A stretch of DNA of 64,000 nt from a virus (lineage: Duplodnaviria > Caudoviricetes): the IMG/VR virus record IMGVR_UViG_3300029288_000011, positions 2,669 through 66,668 of that record; one strand, given 5' to 3'. Under the pieces are notes generated by a model. The model did no database searches. It worked only from the letters and a program-made list of their open reading frames with translations, and was not told where the DNA came from. Made by a program: the position numbers and the translations under genes. Positions 47,385 to 57,411 of this stretch are shown here, piece after piece (the stretch's first letter is position 1; each line of letters starts with the position of its first letter).

Positions 47385-47636
47385 CTAAGCAGTTCCGATT
47401 ACGAAGACATAGTAATACGACGTTGCAGCAGGTGCAGAACTAAACGTCACAACATTCGTGGCAAAGCTAACTCCCAACCTGCCTTCAAATGCTGTGGTTT
47501 CCTGCACCCAACACGCGTCGATCGTACCCAATGGAGCCGTCCACGCTGTATCGGAGGCATCGCCAGTCAGTTTATAACAAATAAACATCTGATTGGCTAC
47601 AGGTACAGCAAAAATTGCAGTTTCAGTGAAAGCCAT
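47385..47636 (-). CDS. Small virion-associated hypothetical protein
   Basis: ORF track; follows the decoration gene. Confidence 0.6.
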   Translation of the reverse strand: MAFTETAIFAVPVANQMFICYKLTGDASDTAWTAPLGTIDACWVQETTAFEGRLGVSFATNVVTFSSAPAATSYYYVFVIGTA

Positions 47637-47651
47637 TTTGCACCCCCTTCC

Positions 47652-48410
47652 TTATGGTGCAATCATAAGATAAACGGGTTTGTATTCTTGAGCCACACCA
47701 ACCAACAGCTGAATCCCAAGCGGGGGCGTGGTGTCAACAGTGGTTCTAACCGTGGTACCTGCAACCGTGTTACCGACTGCAAGCTCCACAGCAAACCCAG
47801 CAGACGGGGTACCTTCTGACCAGACGCACGCTACCCCCCAGGTTTGGAGCCAGTAGTAATAACTTGCAGCAACCGTGATAGGAGGTACACCAAGAATCCA
47901 TTCAGTGATAGCGGTTGCGATAACCGTAGCGTAGTAAGGATTCCCAACCATGGTTGCTTCTGATGCCGTGGTGAGTGCAGTCGCAATCGGGTCGTACAAG
48001 GTGATGTCGCAACTCGTTGCTGTCGTAGCGTTCGCCTTGTAGGATTTGATCTTATACTGAATCCCCTCACCAGCGGCGTCGTTAATCTGCAACCAACCGT
48101 CTTTGTAAATGCTAGCGGTTGGTTCAGCAGCGGTTTCAACGGTCAACGTGTAGGCTCCTGCGTCTACAGCCGCAAGGACTTCCTTGTTGATCCAGTTAGC
48201 TGAGCTAATCTCGGCGCATTTCACGAACTTACCAGGAGCCAGTGCAACTGTCCCGTTGTAAGCATACCTAAACACCCGCCCGTCTGCAAATGCCAGTCTC
48301 GTCCCAAGAGGTGCTTGCTGAGTAGCAGACGCCTCGTAGATTCCCTGCGCGGGTGGGACAATAATGTGGTCGCCTTTGCGATACTCACGATACTCGTTCT
48401 TTGATGCCAT
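47652..48410 (-). CDS. Capsid decoration / cement-like protein
   Basis: PLGTRL..ADGRVFRYAY, YYWLQTWG; directly after the major capsid gene. Confidence 0.6.
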   Translation of the reverse strand: MASKNEYREYRKGDHIIVPPAQGIYEASATQQAPLGTRLAFADGRVFRYAYNGTVALAPGKFVKCAEISSANWINKEVLAAVDAGAYTLTVETAAEPTASIYKDGWLQINDAAGEGIQYKIKSYKANATTATSCDITLYDPIATALTTASEATMVGNPYYATVIATAITEWILGVPPITVAASYYYWLQTWGVACVWSEGTPSAGFAVELAVGNTVAGTTVRTTVDTTPPLGIQLLVGVAQEYKPVYLMIAP

Positions 48411-48516
48411 AGTTAAATCTCCTTCGGATTAGGCTACCTCAGACGTGCATTGGCTTGCACGCGGAGATAGGTTGTGGGGGAGTCGCCACTAACTGCTCCC
48501 CCGTGCGTTAAAAGGT

Positions 48517-49443
48517 TTAGCTGACAGATGAGATGTAACCATTCCATCTAGGTGCTGTGCAAATAAAAGACCCAGCCCACAGCAACTGCCTTACCCAAGC
48601 ATCCTGGTTGATAGGAACCTTAGGTTCGGTCCAATACATATTGCGTTTCCTATGCACGACCATTTTCCAATAGTCCGTGTTAAGGATGAAAATATACCCA
48701 CTTGGGCAGTAGTGGTCCACTACGATAGTGGCTTTGTTAAACGCGATCCCAGTGAAACCTACACGAGCAAGATCAGGAGCGGTGGTCAAGTCGCCACGCT
48801 GAGTGGGCTGAACCCGGTTCCAAATCTTATCGTAGATGTCCTGGGTCGTGATAATCAGATCAGGCTGTACGGCACCATCACAGCAGTTGCCGTACGCACT
48901 CTGGAGCATACTCATAGAGAACGCTCCACCTGTGCTGTCTACCTGACCGCGCCACCAAGAATACGACGTCTTGCTGATCTCACCATAGGTGCCCGTTGTA
49001 GCCAGTGCACTAATCAACGGCGGGATCGCTTTGGTGTCGCTCCAAGACGTATCAAAAATCGCCTCAGAGAACTTTTTAGTGAAGGTTTTCTGCGCGTTCT
49101 GCATTTTGGACTGAACGATAGACAGAATTTTCTCATCGCCCTCGACCTTGAGTTCAGTCTCACCATCCATGGTCACGTTGACCCACATCAGATACCAAGC
49201 ATGCTTAGCCAACGTGGTGGTTTCAATAAGTGAGATATCGAACTCATCCAGTCCAGAATACCATCCTGAGTTCAAGTCACCATACAGCACTGGCACGTCG
49301 ATCTTGGAACCGGAGTCGTAGGTGACTTTGTTTTTTGACATCAACCTAGTAAAAATCGGGGTTGAATAATAGAACTGATCCGTAAGAATGGGAATGTATT
49401 TCTCCCGTACGTGAGCATCAAGTTCTGAATAAGTAAGAGCCAT
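48517..49443 (-). CDS. Major capsid protein
   Basis: 308 aa after scaffold; PDLIITTQDIY, GFTGIAF, IFILNTDY. Confidence 0.85.
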   Translation of the reverse strand: MALTYSELDAHVREKYIPILTDQFYYSTPIFTRLMSKNKVTYDSGSKIDVPVLYGDLNSGWYSGLDEFDISLIETTTLAKHAWYLMWVNVTMDGETELKVEGDEKILSIVQSKMQNAQKTFTKKFSEAIFDTSWSDTKAIPPLISALATTGTYGEISKTSYSWWRGQVDSTGGAFSMSMLQSAYGNCCDGAVQPDLIITTQDIYDKIWNRVQPTQRGDLTTAPDLARVGFTGIAFNKATIVVDHYCPSGYIFILNTDYWKMVVHRKRNMYWTEPKVPINQDAWVRQLLWAGSFICTAPRWNGYISSVS

Positions 49444-49457
49444 GATTTAATCTCCTG

Positions 49458-50222
49458 TTAGTCTAACTTACCCTGCATGGCACGCTCTTTGATGATAGAC
49501 TCAGTTGCTTCTTCCCATGAGAGAGGCTTGTCGGAGCGTTTCACGATAACTGGTCTAGAGCTACTGTGAATCCCATCAGTCCGGGCCTTGGCCAGTTCTT
49601 CCTTGAGCCTACGTTGAACTTCCTCCTCGACAATAGAGTCTCGATAGAGGTCTGTGTAGGCTTTTTCAAGGTCTAGTTGGCCGGTTTTAAGTGCATGGTC
49701 GAGTAACTTTTGTTTATCAAGATTCGCGTGTTTCGATGCGAGGTCGGTTAGTTGTGCTTGATAGTTAAACATGCGATCCACCCGTTTGGATGAATCAGTC
49801 ATAGCCTTTTGAGCGCTGAGTAACTCAGACTTGAGACCGGTTATTTGTTCCTCAAGTTTTCTCAACATCTCAGCATTAGCAGCAGGTTCGCCTTTGGAGA
49901 GTTGTGCACGTAGCTCCTCCTCCTTGGCTTTCTGTACTTGCTCGTCTTCGGTCTTAGTGGTGTCTTCAAGTGACTTATACCATTCTCGCCATTGAGTTGT
50001 TTCCTGTTCCATCGCACCATAGTTTTGCAACTTCTGCATGTATTCTTGTTCCCGTGCAGAGAATTCCTTGCGTTGTTCAGCTAGAGTTTGAGTCTTGCGC
50101 GTGTAGTCCGCTTGCATAGACTTGTACAACTGTTGCAACTCAGGTGCTAACTCGTTAGGGTTAATGTTTAAGTCTTTGAAGAGTTCTGCGTTAGTAAGAT
50201 CGTCCTTCTTGTCATCTGCCAT
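49458..50222 (-). CDS. Scaffolding protein
   Basis: Start moved to ATG 50222 (RBS AAGGAG); MQADYTRKTQTLAEQRK; coiled coil; before the capsid gene. Confidence 0.8.
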   Translation of the reverse strand: MADDKKDDLTNAELFKDLNINPNELAPELQQLYKSMQADYTRKTQTLAEQRKEFSAREQEYMQKLQNYGAMEQETTQWREWYKSLEDTTKTEDEQVQKAKEEELRAQLSKGEPAANAEMLRKLEEQITGLKSELLSAQKAMTDSSKRVDRMFNYQAQLTDLASKHANLDKQKLLDHALKTGQLDLEKAYTDLYRDSIVEEEVQRRLKEELAKARTDGIHSSSRPVIVKRSDKPLSWEEATESIIKERAMQGKLD

Positions 50223-50278
50223 TTGTCGTCTCCTTCGTTGCTCCAAAACGGAGTCTCAGAGCTATAAAAAGTTAATGG

Positions 50279-50680
50279 TTAAACTCCAGAGGTCGGTGGT
50301 TGCCTCGGAGGGCCAGTAAGTGATACGGCGCGGTTTCGGTCGGAACGTAACTTGGCTTGCTGAAGTGCTAACTTACCTTCCTGTTCCATGCCGTAGTGTT
50401 TGGTGATTTTTAAGTAAGCGTTTTGCAAGGTCTCGTCTATGATGTAGCGTATAGATGGTTCGACCTCTGCTGCACGTCGCATGATCACACCTGCTTGCAT
50501 GAGTAGCTTAATGGCTTGTTGCTCTTGGGGTGTGTCCGGGCCTGGACCACCCGGGCCTTGAGACTGCGCACCAGGAGGCCCGGCACCGGGCATCATAGGT
50601 GCTTGTGAGGGAGTCTCAGGTTGGTCTTCCATTGAACTAAGGCTACTCAAACTTTCAGTTTCGTTTTCGTTAAATGCCAT
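50279..50680 (-). CDS. Hypothetical Pro/Gln/Gly-rich protein
   Basis: ORF track; between portal and scaffold. Confidence 0.65.
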   Translation of the reverse strand: MAFNENETESLSSLSSMEDQPETPSQAPMMPGAGPPGAQSQGPGGPGPDTPQEQQAIKLLMQAGVIMRRAAEVEPSIRYIIDETLQNAYLKITKHYGMEQEGKLALQQAKLRSDRNRAVSLTGPPRQPPTSGV

Positions 50681-50726
50681 TTTCTCACCTCATTGATTCA
50701 TTTAATGAATTGAATGTGTTGGTTAT

Positions 50727-51452
50727 TTATGCCCAACGATGTCTAGCCTGACCAATCGTTGGGGGTAAACCTACGAAACGTGCACTGGCCGGTCGAGACT
50801 CACTTAGATTAGCCTCTGGATTGGGGTCTCTTAGTGAGAGTGCCTTAAGTAATTCTGACTCTGCGTTTGTACGTTGTTCTGCATAGGCTTGTTCACGTGA
50901 GATACGTAGGCGATTCGCTGCGTCTATTTCAGCAGGTGTACGCCCGCGTTCGGCTGCGAATTCAACTCCGGTTCGTATTGTAGGAGCTATCACGCCCGAG
51001 GTCGGTGAGCCTGTCATGGCGTTACCAACAGGCGGCCTACCCGGTCCGTGGTAACTTTGACCATATGTAGGACGTGGGTCAGCGCCAGGACCACCCAAGG
51101 CTGCACTTGAGACGTTTCCACCTATACCATCAAATGCACCTGCATAGTCCATACCTGCAATAATAGCAGCGGCAGCTGGAGTAGCAAACATAGATGCAAC
51201 TTGTGCTATGTCAGAACCCTTAATGGCTGATTTACCCAAAAGAGGTTCAGCGGCGTCCATACCAGAAGCACCTCCACCAAAGCCAGTTTCCGCTGCGTTT
51301 TCTGTTGCAGAAGCCATTTCACTCGCAACACCAGTTATAATAGCACTCACATCAGCGTCGGTAGAATCAGATTCACCCTCACCCAAATCGCCAAAGTCTC
51401 CAGCTGTTACTACGTTGGCGCCTTCTCCAACACCCACACCAGGAGCACACAT
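50727..51452 (-). CDS. Gly/Ala-rich low-complexity protein starting MCAPG, possible internal virion protein
   Basis: Met-Cys start following a GNAT-like gene. Confidence 0.5.
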   Translation of the reverse strand: MCAPGVGVGEGANVVTAGDFGDLGEGESDSTDADVSAIITGVASEMASATENAAETGFGGGASGMDAAEPLLGKSAIKGSDIAQVASMFATPAAAAIIAGMDYAGAFDGIGGNVSSAALGGPGADPRPTYGQSYHGPGRPPVGNAMTGSPTSGVIAPTIRTGVEFAAERGRTPAEIDAANRLRISREQAYAEQRTNAESELLKALSLRDPNPEANLSESRPASARFVGLPPTIGQARHRWA

Positions 51453-51454
51453 AG

Positions 51455-51850
51455 TTATACCTCTCTCTCGTAGTAAGTGTAGATTTTTTTCATGTTAAAG
51501 AGTCTCTGAAACGCATCACCATTTATGTGGCTAGATGTTCCAGAGATACGTTTAAAGCCGAGTTCTTTGAATTTTGCCACAATTAGGTCACGAAACTTGA
51601 ACCCTAACCCCGGCCCGTATAGTTGGCGTATTAATGCAGTATCACCATTGGATTGATAAATCATACATCCAACTCTCTCACCGTTTAATATCCCTATTAA
51701 AGCACTCGCCTGTCCAAGTAGAACCATACCAACAGATTCACATAGGTTGTCCATTCCATAAATCTCAGGTATCTTGGAGTTAATCATTGGTGACCACATC
51801 ATTAGGATTTCTTCTCTACTAAGGAGTGGTCTGAGTTCTAAGTTATCCAT
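51455..51850 (-). CDS. GNAT-like acetyltransferase fold protein
   Basis: Start moved to ATG 51850; LNGERVGCMIY...ALIRQLYGPGLG...ELGFKRISG. Confidence 0.5.
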   Translation of the reverse strand: MDNLELRPLLSREEILMMWSPMINSKIPEIYGMDNLCESVGMVLLGQASALIGILNGERVGCMIYQSNGDTALIRQLYGPGLGFKFRDLIVAKFKELGFKRISGTSSHINGDAFQRLFNMKKIYTYYEREV

Positions 51851-53648
51851 TAGCAGCCGGACTCCCGCCGGATTGGTTAGGGAATTGCGTACTAGCACCT
51901 GCATGACTCGCAGGTTGCTGCGGCGTGACTTCTTGGTTTTGCTCGTCCTGACGTTTCATTTCAACTCGCTTTAGGACGTCCTCACGATGGGGGTATTCTA
52001 AGTCCTCAAGCAAGGCTCTGTCGTCTATAACTTGCATCTTTCGGAGGTTCATGGATTGTTGTTTGCGTTCTTGTTTGACCAACTGTAAACTACTCCCCGG
52101 CTCGATTTGGAACACTACATCTAGCCACGCACGTTCTTTGCGCTTTGACACAGGTCTAAGTAACTCACTCTCAATCTCTTTAATTTGTTGCTCGTATTTA
52201 CTCTGTCTCGCACGTAGCACTTCAAATATGCGTTCTGGCTCATAAAACTGGAATATCCTAGAGATCAACTTACGGCCTATTCTCATGTGCATGGCTTCTA
52301 TGGCACGACCACGTAACCTCACCAATGCCTGTGCAGCCATCTGAAGTGCCTCGATTCCGACACCAGAACTAACCTGACCCGTACGAATACCACGCATGAC
52401 ATCAACCATACCAGTAATTTCATCTTTAGCTACCTTGAGGAAGTTTGCTACTTCGAATACATATTGTGGAAGTGCCACACCTGCTTCACGTCGCAACTCC
52501 CGGCCTGGGCGTTTTTTAACGTGTGATCCCGGTGCGTTTGTGAGTTTGATCCATTCTTCCTTCGTTAAAGCGTCAGCATCACCTACCCATATTGCGTTAG
52601 ACATCAGGATAGCATTTTCAAGGATAGTGGCTAGTAACTTATTAAATTGTTCTTGTGGGTTGGTTAGCAACTCCACATCACCCCATGACCATCCACAGTC
52701 TGGATCAGCGTGCCAACTCAACATGTCTTGTGGGAACTCACCATCATCGTATGGGTTCTCACCGTCGTCGGCTAGTACGACATCACCTATTAGGACTGAC
52801 TTTCTTGACATGTTTTTGAATTCGGGTTTGCCGCGTTCAGTTTTAGACCTGTCTTTGAGCCAGAATTCACGTATATATACACGTGGTACTGCACTGACGT
52901 GGGGATCTTGGATGCCTTGGGGCTGAAAGATAGTACCAAGTAATGTCGACAAGAACCCTTTGTGCTGTTGGGCTTGTCTAAATGGTGTTAACCCCGCGTC
53001 GGCTTTGATGCGGTCAGCGACTTTAGGGTAGATGTCCTGAGCCTTAGAGAGTGCCCAGACGTCCTCAACGATGAAGTATTCTCCCTCACACAGATTATAG
53101 GATTTAATCACTAAAGGATCAAAGTATGCCGCACGAGGATCAACGCTAGGTACTAGAATCTCGCCTCTGCCGTTACCACCGCTTCGGTCGTATACTGTAG
53201 ATGTGAACCCGGCCCCGAAAACTTGACCATTATAGACTACATCCGACATGCCCTGTCCAAATACACTCTGCTCAAAGATAGCTGAACATAGGTCGTTTAA
53301 TATATCAGCTGTGTCTTGGAAACTATCGCTCCTTGGCACAATCGACGGGATTGGTTTGGAGTCTGTTAATAGAGCTGTCTTTCGTTCGATGTTTTCAATG
53401 GTGAAGTTGATAACACTACTAACCTTATGACTCGGCCTACGTACTGGCCATTGTTCACCTTTGAGAAATTTAGTATACCTAGCCCAGTCTTGAGTGTGTT
53501 GTTGCTTATACAACGCGGCTTCGGTATAATACTTATTAAGCATCCCAACATACTCTATCTCACGCCTAACTTCAGCTTCCTTTGAGAGTATCTGGAGCTT
53601 CTCAAATTGTTCGATCTGTTCAGGAGTCGGGTCGTCTTTTTTCGCCAT
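51843..53648 (-). CDS. Portal protein
   Basis: 601 aa downstream of terL; GEQWP, INFTIENIERKTALL, DEITGMVDVMRG, SGVGIEALQ. Confidence 0.88.
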   Translation of the reverse strand: MAKKDDPTPEQIEQFEKLQILSKEAEVRREIEYVGMLNKYYTEAALYKQQHTQDWARYTKFLKGEQWPVRRPSHKVSSVINFTIENIERKTALLTDSKPIPSIVPRSDSFQDTADILNDLCSAIFEQSVFGQGMSDVVYNGQVFGAGFTSTVYDRSGGNGRGEILVPSVDPRAAYFDPLVIKSYNLCEGEYFIVEDVWALSKAQDIYPKVADRIKADAGLTPFRQAQQHKGFLSTLLGTIFQPQGIQDPHVSAVPRVYIREFWLKDRSKTERGKPEFKNMSRKSVLIGDVVLADDGENPYDDGEFPQDMLSWHADPDCGWSWGDVELLTNPQEQFNKLLATILENAILMSNAIWVGDADALTKEEWIKLTNAPGSHVKKRPGRELRREAGVALPQYVFEVANFLKVAKDEITGMVDVMRGIRTGQVSSGVGIEALQMAAQALVRLRGRAIEAMHMRIGRKLISRIFQFYEPERIFEVLRARQSKYEQQIKEIESELLRPVSKRKERAWLDVVFQIEPGSSLQLVKQERKQQSMNLRKMQVIDDRALLEDLEYPHREDVLKRVEMKRQDEQNQEVTPQQPASHAGASTQFPNQSGGSPAANG

Positions 53649-53651
53649 TTT

Positions 53652-54821
53652 TTATAACCTATCAGTGTAGTATCCGCAAACGTGAATTGTAGTTGTCACA
53701 CCAGCCGCAGTAGCATACCAATATAACGCCTGTGCTGCACTCAATGCCGTGTCGAAGGTGGTGTAACCAGTCACACAGTGTGCCTCTGGAGCCTGTGCTG
53801 AGGATTCAATGTCGAAGTAGTAACTGGTTTCTGATGTTGTGGTTAGTAACCTTAGTCTAGATCGAGTCGAAAAAATAGGCACACAGCTACTTATATCTAA
53901 GGACGTATATGTTACTCCCGCTGTCGCTGCTGTGAACTCTTCAATAGGTGCAGCGTAACGGTAGTAGTTGCCACTAAAAATATCAAAATCTAACACTTGA
54001 CTAGAGCCATTGGTTAGCACTGCACCAATACACCGGTCGCTGCCGTTGTACCAACCAACTTTAGATTCTGACCAAGCTGGTGCAGTAGTGGAGTTTAAAA
54101 ACTCACTAGCTGTGAGTAACCTCGATGCAGCGGACACCACAGCAGAGTCATCTATGTAGATGTAATGAATCTGTGATGCACCTAGGTTAGATGATGCTGC
54201 GTTGGAACCGGCTGGACCTAATGTAAAGGTTATTTGTGTCGCGGTGTATAGATGCTGGTTGGTTGTCCCGTTGTGTGCCCAAATGCCGCCCTTGATGGTG
54301 ATTGCTGTGGTAGATGAGTAACCTAAATAAAAACCATTTTTCATGCCACTGTTGTGTGCGGTGCTTTGTAGAGTAGTAATATCTACCCCGTACTCAGTCA
54401 ACACACCTTGTACAGTTGTACTAGAATAATACGTCGCGGCTGCTACAACACCCACTAAACCCGCACCCAGGCCAGCGGTGGTTGACAATAAATCCGTCGC
54501 ACCTATGAGAGCCTGGTTGCTGGTATTTGGAAACGTGAATGTCCTGTCAGCCGTTAAACCACTAGATGATAAAATCGGACTATAGCCAGCTGAGTTAATA
54601 GTAAAAGTAGTTGACGTTGTACCCGTATCAGTATGTTGCACATGTAGATGATCGTCTATATACCCACCCAATGCAGTAGCAGGTATAACGGTGTCGTCAA
54701 TATAGTGTACACTAACACTCCCACCCAAGTAAGTCTCACGGGTGAATGTTGTTGATGCATCACCCCAACTGATGTCTTCTTTACCTATTAGTTCATTAAC
54801 TAACTTAATTACTGTTGCCAT
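53652..54821 (-). CDS. Virion-associated Ser/Thr-rich protein, fibre-like
   Basis: HLHVQHTDTGTTSTTF; DRCIGAVLTNGS; beta-rich. Confidence 0.55.
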   Translation of the reverse strand: MATVIKLVNELIGKEDISWGDASTTFTRETYLGGSVSVHYIDDTVIPATALGGYIDDHLHVQHTDTGTTSTTFTINSAGYSPILSSSGLTADRTFTFPNTSNQALIGATDLLSTTAGLGAGLVGVVAAATYYSSTTVQGVLTEYGVDITTLQSTAHNSGMKNGFYLGYSSTTAITIKGGIWAHNGTTNQHLYTATQITFTLGPAGSNAASSNLGASQIHYIYIDDSAVVSAASRLLTASEFLNSTTAPAWSESKVGWYNGSDRCIGAVLTNGSSQVLDFDIFSGNYYRYAAPIEEFTAATAGVTYTSLDISSCVPIFSTRSRLRLLTTTSETSYYFDIESSAQAPEAHCVTGYTTFDTALSAAQALYWYATAAGVTTTIHVCGYYTDRL

Positions 54822-54994
54822 TCCTGTTGCTCCTTGTGTTCGTTGACAAGTCTAAACACGTCTTCTTCTGATTTAGCACCCTGTTCAATGGCCCACGCGA
54901 TTTCGTCAGTGGTTAGTCCATCAGCTCTACCTCGGTCTGGAAGTGGATAGTCAACGCCGGTATCATATTCGATGTTATCGTCTGTGTTAGTCAA
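54809..54994 (-). CDS. Hypothetical 61-aa acidic protein
   Basis: Likely TTG start at 54994 after GGTGAT; the track's N-terminal extension overlaps the upstream gene. Confidence 0.5.
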   Translation of the reverse strand: MTNTDDNIEYDTGVDYPLPDRGRADGLTTDEIAWAIEQGAKSEEDVFRLVNEHKEQQEWQQ

Positions 54995-55463
54995 TGGGTA
55001 ACTGATCACCCTTTGCCCACCCTGAAGGAGCTTTTGAAGTAAGTTCACTAATCTTAGCAGCAAAAGAGTCTGGAGTATCATTAGTGGCAACAGCAATAGG
55101 GGCAGAAGGTTTAGTAGTTGTGTCATTTTTAGTCACCTTTGGGTTAGTATGTTCTTCACCACACTTATTAGAGCAAAACACCTGACCTAAGTGTACAGGG
55201 GTGAATTTTTTGTCACAGTGTTTGCAAACATATTCATATTGTTTCAACCCCTCAGCCCATGCGGGTTCAAGGTAGAAATTGCTTAGGTTGCCTTGCATGT
55301 GGACTTCTAGTACAATGCCACAAAAAATCTGCCAAATTGGAAGGTGGTAGTCGTCTGCTATTTGGTGCATTAGTTCAGACGCGTGTTCGGGCAGACACAG
55401 CAGTAGGTCCTCGGTGTATTTGTTGAGTGTAACTTCGTCGAGTTTCTTTTTAGTTACCTGCAT
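54987..55463 (-). CDS. Hypothetical protein with zinc-finger
   Basis: CKHCDKKF...FCSNKC. Confidence 0.65.
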   Translation of the reverse strand: MQVTKKKLDEVTLNKYTEDLLLCLPEHASELMHQIADDYHLPIWQIFCGIVLEVHMQGNLSNFYLEPAWAEGLKQYEYVCKHCDKKFTPVHLGQVFCSNKCGEEHTNPKVTKNDTTTKPSAPIAVATNDTPDSFAAKISELTSKAPSGWAKGDQLPID

Positions 55464-55471
55464 AAATCCTC

Positions 55472-57235
55472 CTATGAGTTAAGCCAATGGTCGTCGTAGG
55501 TGTCGTCTTTACCATAGGCCAAAATACGTGCAAATTCTAAATCACGGAATTTAGTCGTGGTTGAGATAGCTGGCTTACGTGCTTGGATTATAGACGCGTC
55601 GTCGGGTTCTTGGTTGACGTGACGATACATCGTGTATAAGCCTATCAACGCGCTCATGACCCTGTCGTCATACCCGTTGCCGATTGCAGAACCACCACCG
55701 GACTCGTCCTGGGTGAAGGTTATCAATTCACGAATCAGGTCTTGACTATGTACAATGATTGTCATGTCTGAGATACAATGTGTGCCGTAACTAATTAACG
55801 CTTTCTTGGAGCGCAAGTTAGTCTCCCAGCCTAGCTTGTTAGTAAAGCTCCCATCGTAGGTGTCGATACGTTCCTGACGATAGATGTTCCAGTAGTGGTT
55901 CTGCAATTCCTGCAACGTGACGCGGCCATACGACTCGACCTCAACCGACGCTAAGGCTTCGTTGTAGAGTTTGCCAACCGAGGCTACGATCTCGGCTAGG
56001 TTAAAGGGGTCTACATAACCATGCCATTCAGCGACTTGTTCGGCTACCAATGGTATAGGGAGTTTTTTCCAGACTTCGATACATGAAAAGTCACCTTTGG
56101 TTTTACCACTTCGGGGGTCGTATTGACCACCACCTGAGACGTCAATGCCCATTACGTAGATGCCTCGGTCTTCGGGAAGTTTCCAGATGCGTAGGTTACC
56201 GTTTTCGTCTGCTTTCAAACCGCGCTTGGAGATGTTGCCACGCCATTTGGGTTCACTGCATTTGAGAAACATCGTCCTGAGTTTACGTCTATCAAACAGC
56301 GGTACACCTGATACGATAAAGGCTTCTTCGTCGTTGCTAGGATATTCCTGCCGGAACAACTCCACATCGGCGCGCAGGTCGGCGATGGTAGTACGACGCC
56401 AGTAGAGTTGTTCTGGTGACAGGCTATATGTGGCCTTGAGTTCTTTTTCTTCGTCGTTGAGACTCTCCATGAAGGCAGTTCGCTCACGTCCTGTGTTGAA
56501 CTGGCGCACATATTCTGGCAAGTCAAACCATGCTAGGAAGAACGGTATGAAGTTGCTACTCCCTTCTTTTGCTGCGAGCCACTCCTCGTGGAAGAAGTTG
56601 CCAACTCCTTTTGCTGTGGACTCGTAGAAGATGACACTGTTTAGGGTCTTAGGAACGGTGGGAATCAAAGCGGGAATGACATCTTCTGCTTTAGTCCATG
56701 AACCCAACTCGCTACAGTGAAGGTTATGGTAGCCCGCGCTTCTAGCTACGTCTTTCTTGCCAGCCGTTAAAACGGTCAAGGATGACCGTAGTCCGGGATT
56801 AAGGTTACGGGTTTTAGGGTCGGGGTTTTCGAAGGTTAGTTCGCGTTTAGACCCGTAGCGAACCATTGGTTGTAACTCTTTGGGTAGGCAGTCGTAGTAG
56901 AGCTTACACATGTTGAAGATTTTCTCACCTGACTCCTTTTCATGTGCGATTATAGCAGCGTCTGTGTTCTCGGACATGTGTGAGAGCCAGAAAATGGTGC
57001 CTTCGCAGTAAGTGGACATGCCCTCACGCCGGGCCTTGAGGATGATGAACCTGAGTAACTTTCTGTTTTGACGTGCGGATTCTACTACCTTGTGAAATTT
57101 CTGCTGTGGGGACCAGAAGTTGAACGGGAGCAACTGTTGATTCTGGTCTTTGATTTTCAACAACTTAGCTGCATAATATTCAAAATCCCACGTGCAGCGT
57201 TTGAAGTCGAGGTTATTTAAGACGCTAGAAGTCAT
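55472..57235 (-). CDS. terL: Terminase large subunit
   Basis: ILKARREGMST, LHCSE, YESTAKG, MGIDVSGG, DDRVMS. Confidence 0.92.
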   Translation of the reverse strand: MTSSVLNNLDFKRCTWDFEYYAAKLLKIKDQNQQLLPFNFWSPQQKFHKVVESARQNRKLLRFIILKARREGMSTYCEGTIFWLSHMSENTDAAIIAHEKESGEKIFNMCKLYYDCLPKELQPMVRYGSKRELTFENPDPKTRNLNPGLRSSLTVLTAGKKDVARSAGYHNLHCSELGSWTKAEDVIPALIPTVPKTLNSVIFYESTAKGVGNFFHEEWLAAKEGSSNFIPFFLAWFDLPEYVRQFNTGRERTAFMESLNDEEKELKATYSLSPEQLYWRRTTIADLRADVELFRQEYPSNDEEAFIVSGVPLFDRRKLRTMFLKCSEPKWRGNISKRGLKADENGNLRIWKLPEDRGIYVMGIDVSGGGQYDPRSGKTKGDFSCIEVWKKLPIPLVAEQVAEWHGYVDPFNLAEIVASVGKLYNEALASVEVESYGRVTLQELQNHYWNIYRQERIDTYDGSFTNKLGWETNLRSKKALISYGTHCISDMTIIVHSQDLIRELITFTQDESGGGSAIGNGYDDRVMSALIGLYTMYRHVNQEPDDASIIQARKPAISTTTKFRDLEFARILAYGKDDTYDDHWLNS

Positions 57236-57411
57236 TTGGGTCTGTGGCCACTCCTTATGGCATGTTTAGCGGGTTTGTTAACTTTAGATGCAAACTCACT
57301 AAGCTGCTTATGAGTCATGCTTAACACACCCCGGTTGCGCTTAAACAACTTACTAGGCGCGTGTTTAGCGATTGCCATTAGTTTACGTTGCTTCTCACTT
57401 ACTGCTGGCAT
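57232..57411 (-). CDS. DUF3008-like small basic protein, 59 aa (absent from ORF track)
   Basis: MPAVSEKQRKLMAIAKH...SMTHKQLSEFAS; its TGA overlaps the terL ATG. Confidence 0.6.
   Translation of the reverse strand: MPAVSEKQRKLMAIAKHAPSKLFKRNRGVLSMTHKQLSEFASKVNKPAKHAIRSGHRPK

Noticed and set aside
48476-48502. Intrinsic terminator after the capsid gene
   Set aside because: The stem has no following U tract on the coding strand; kept only as a structured element
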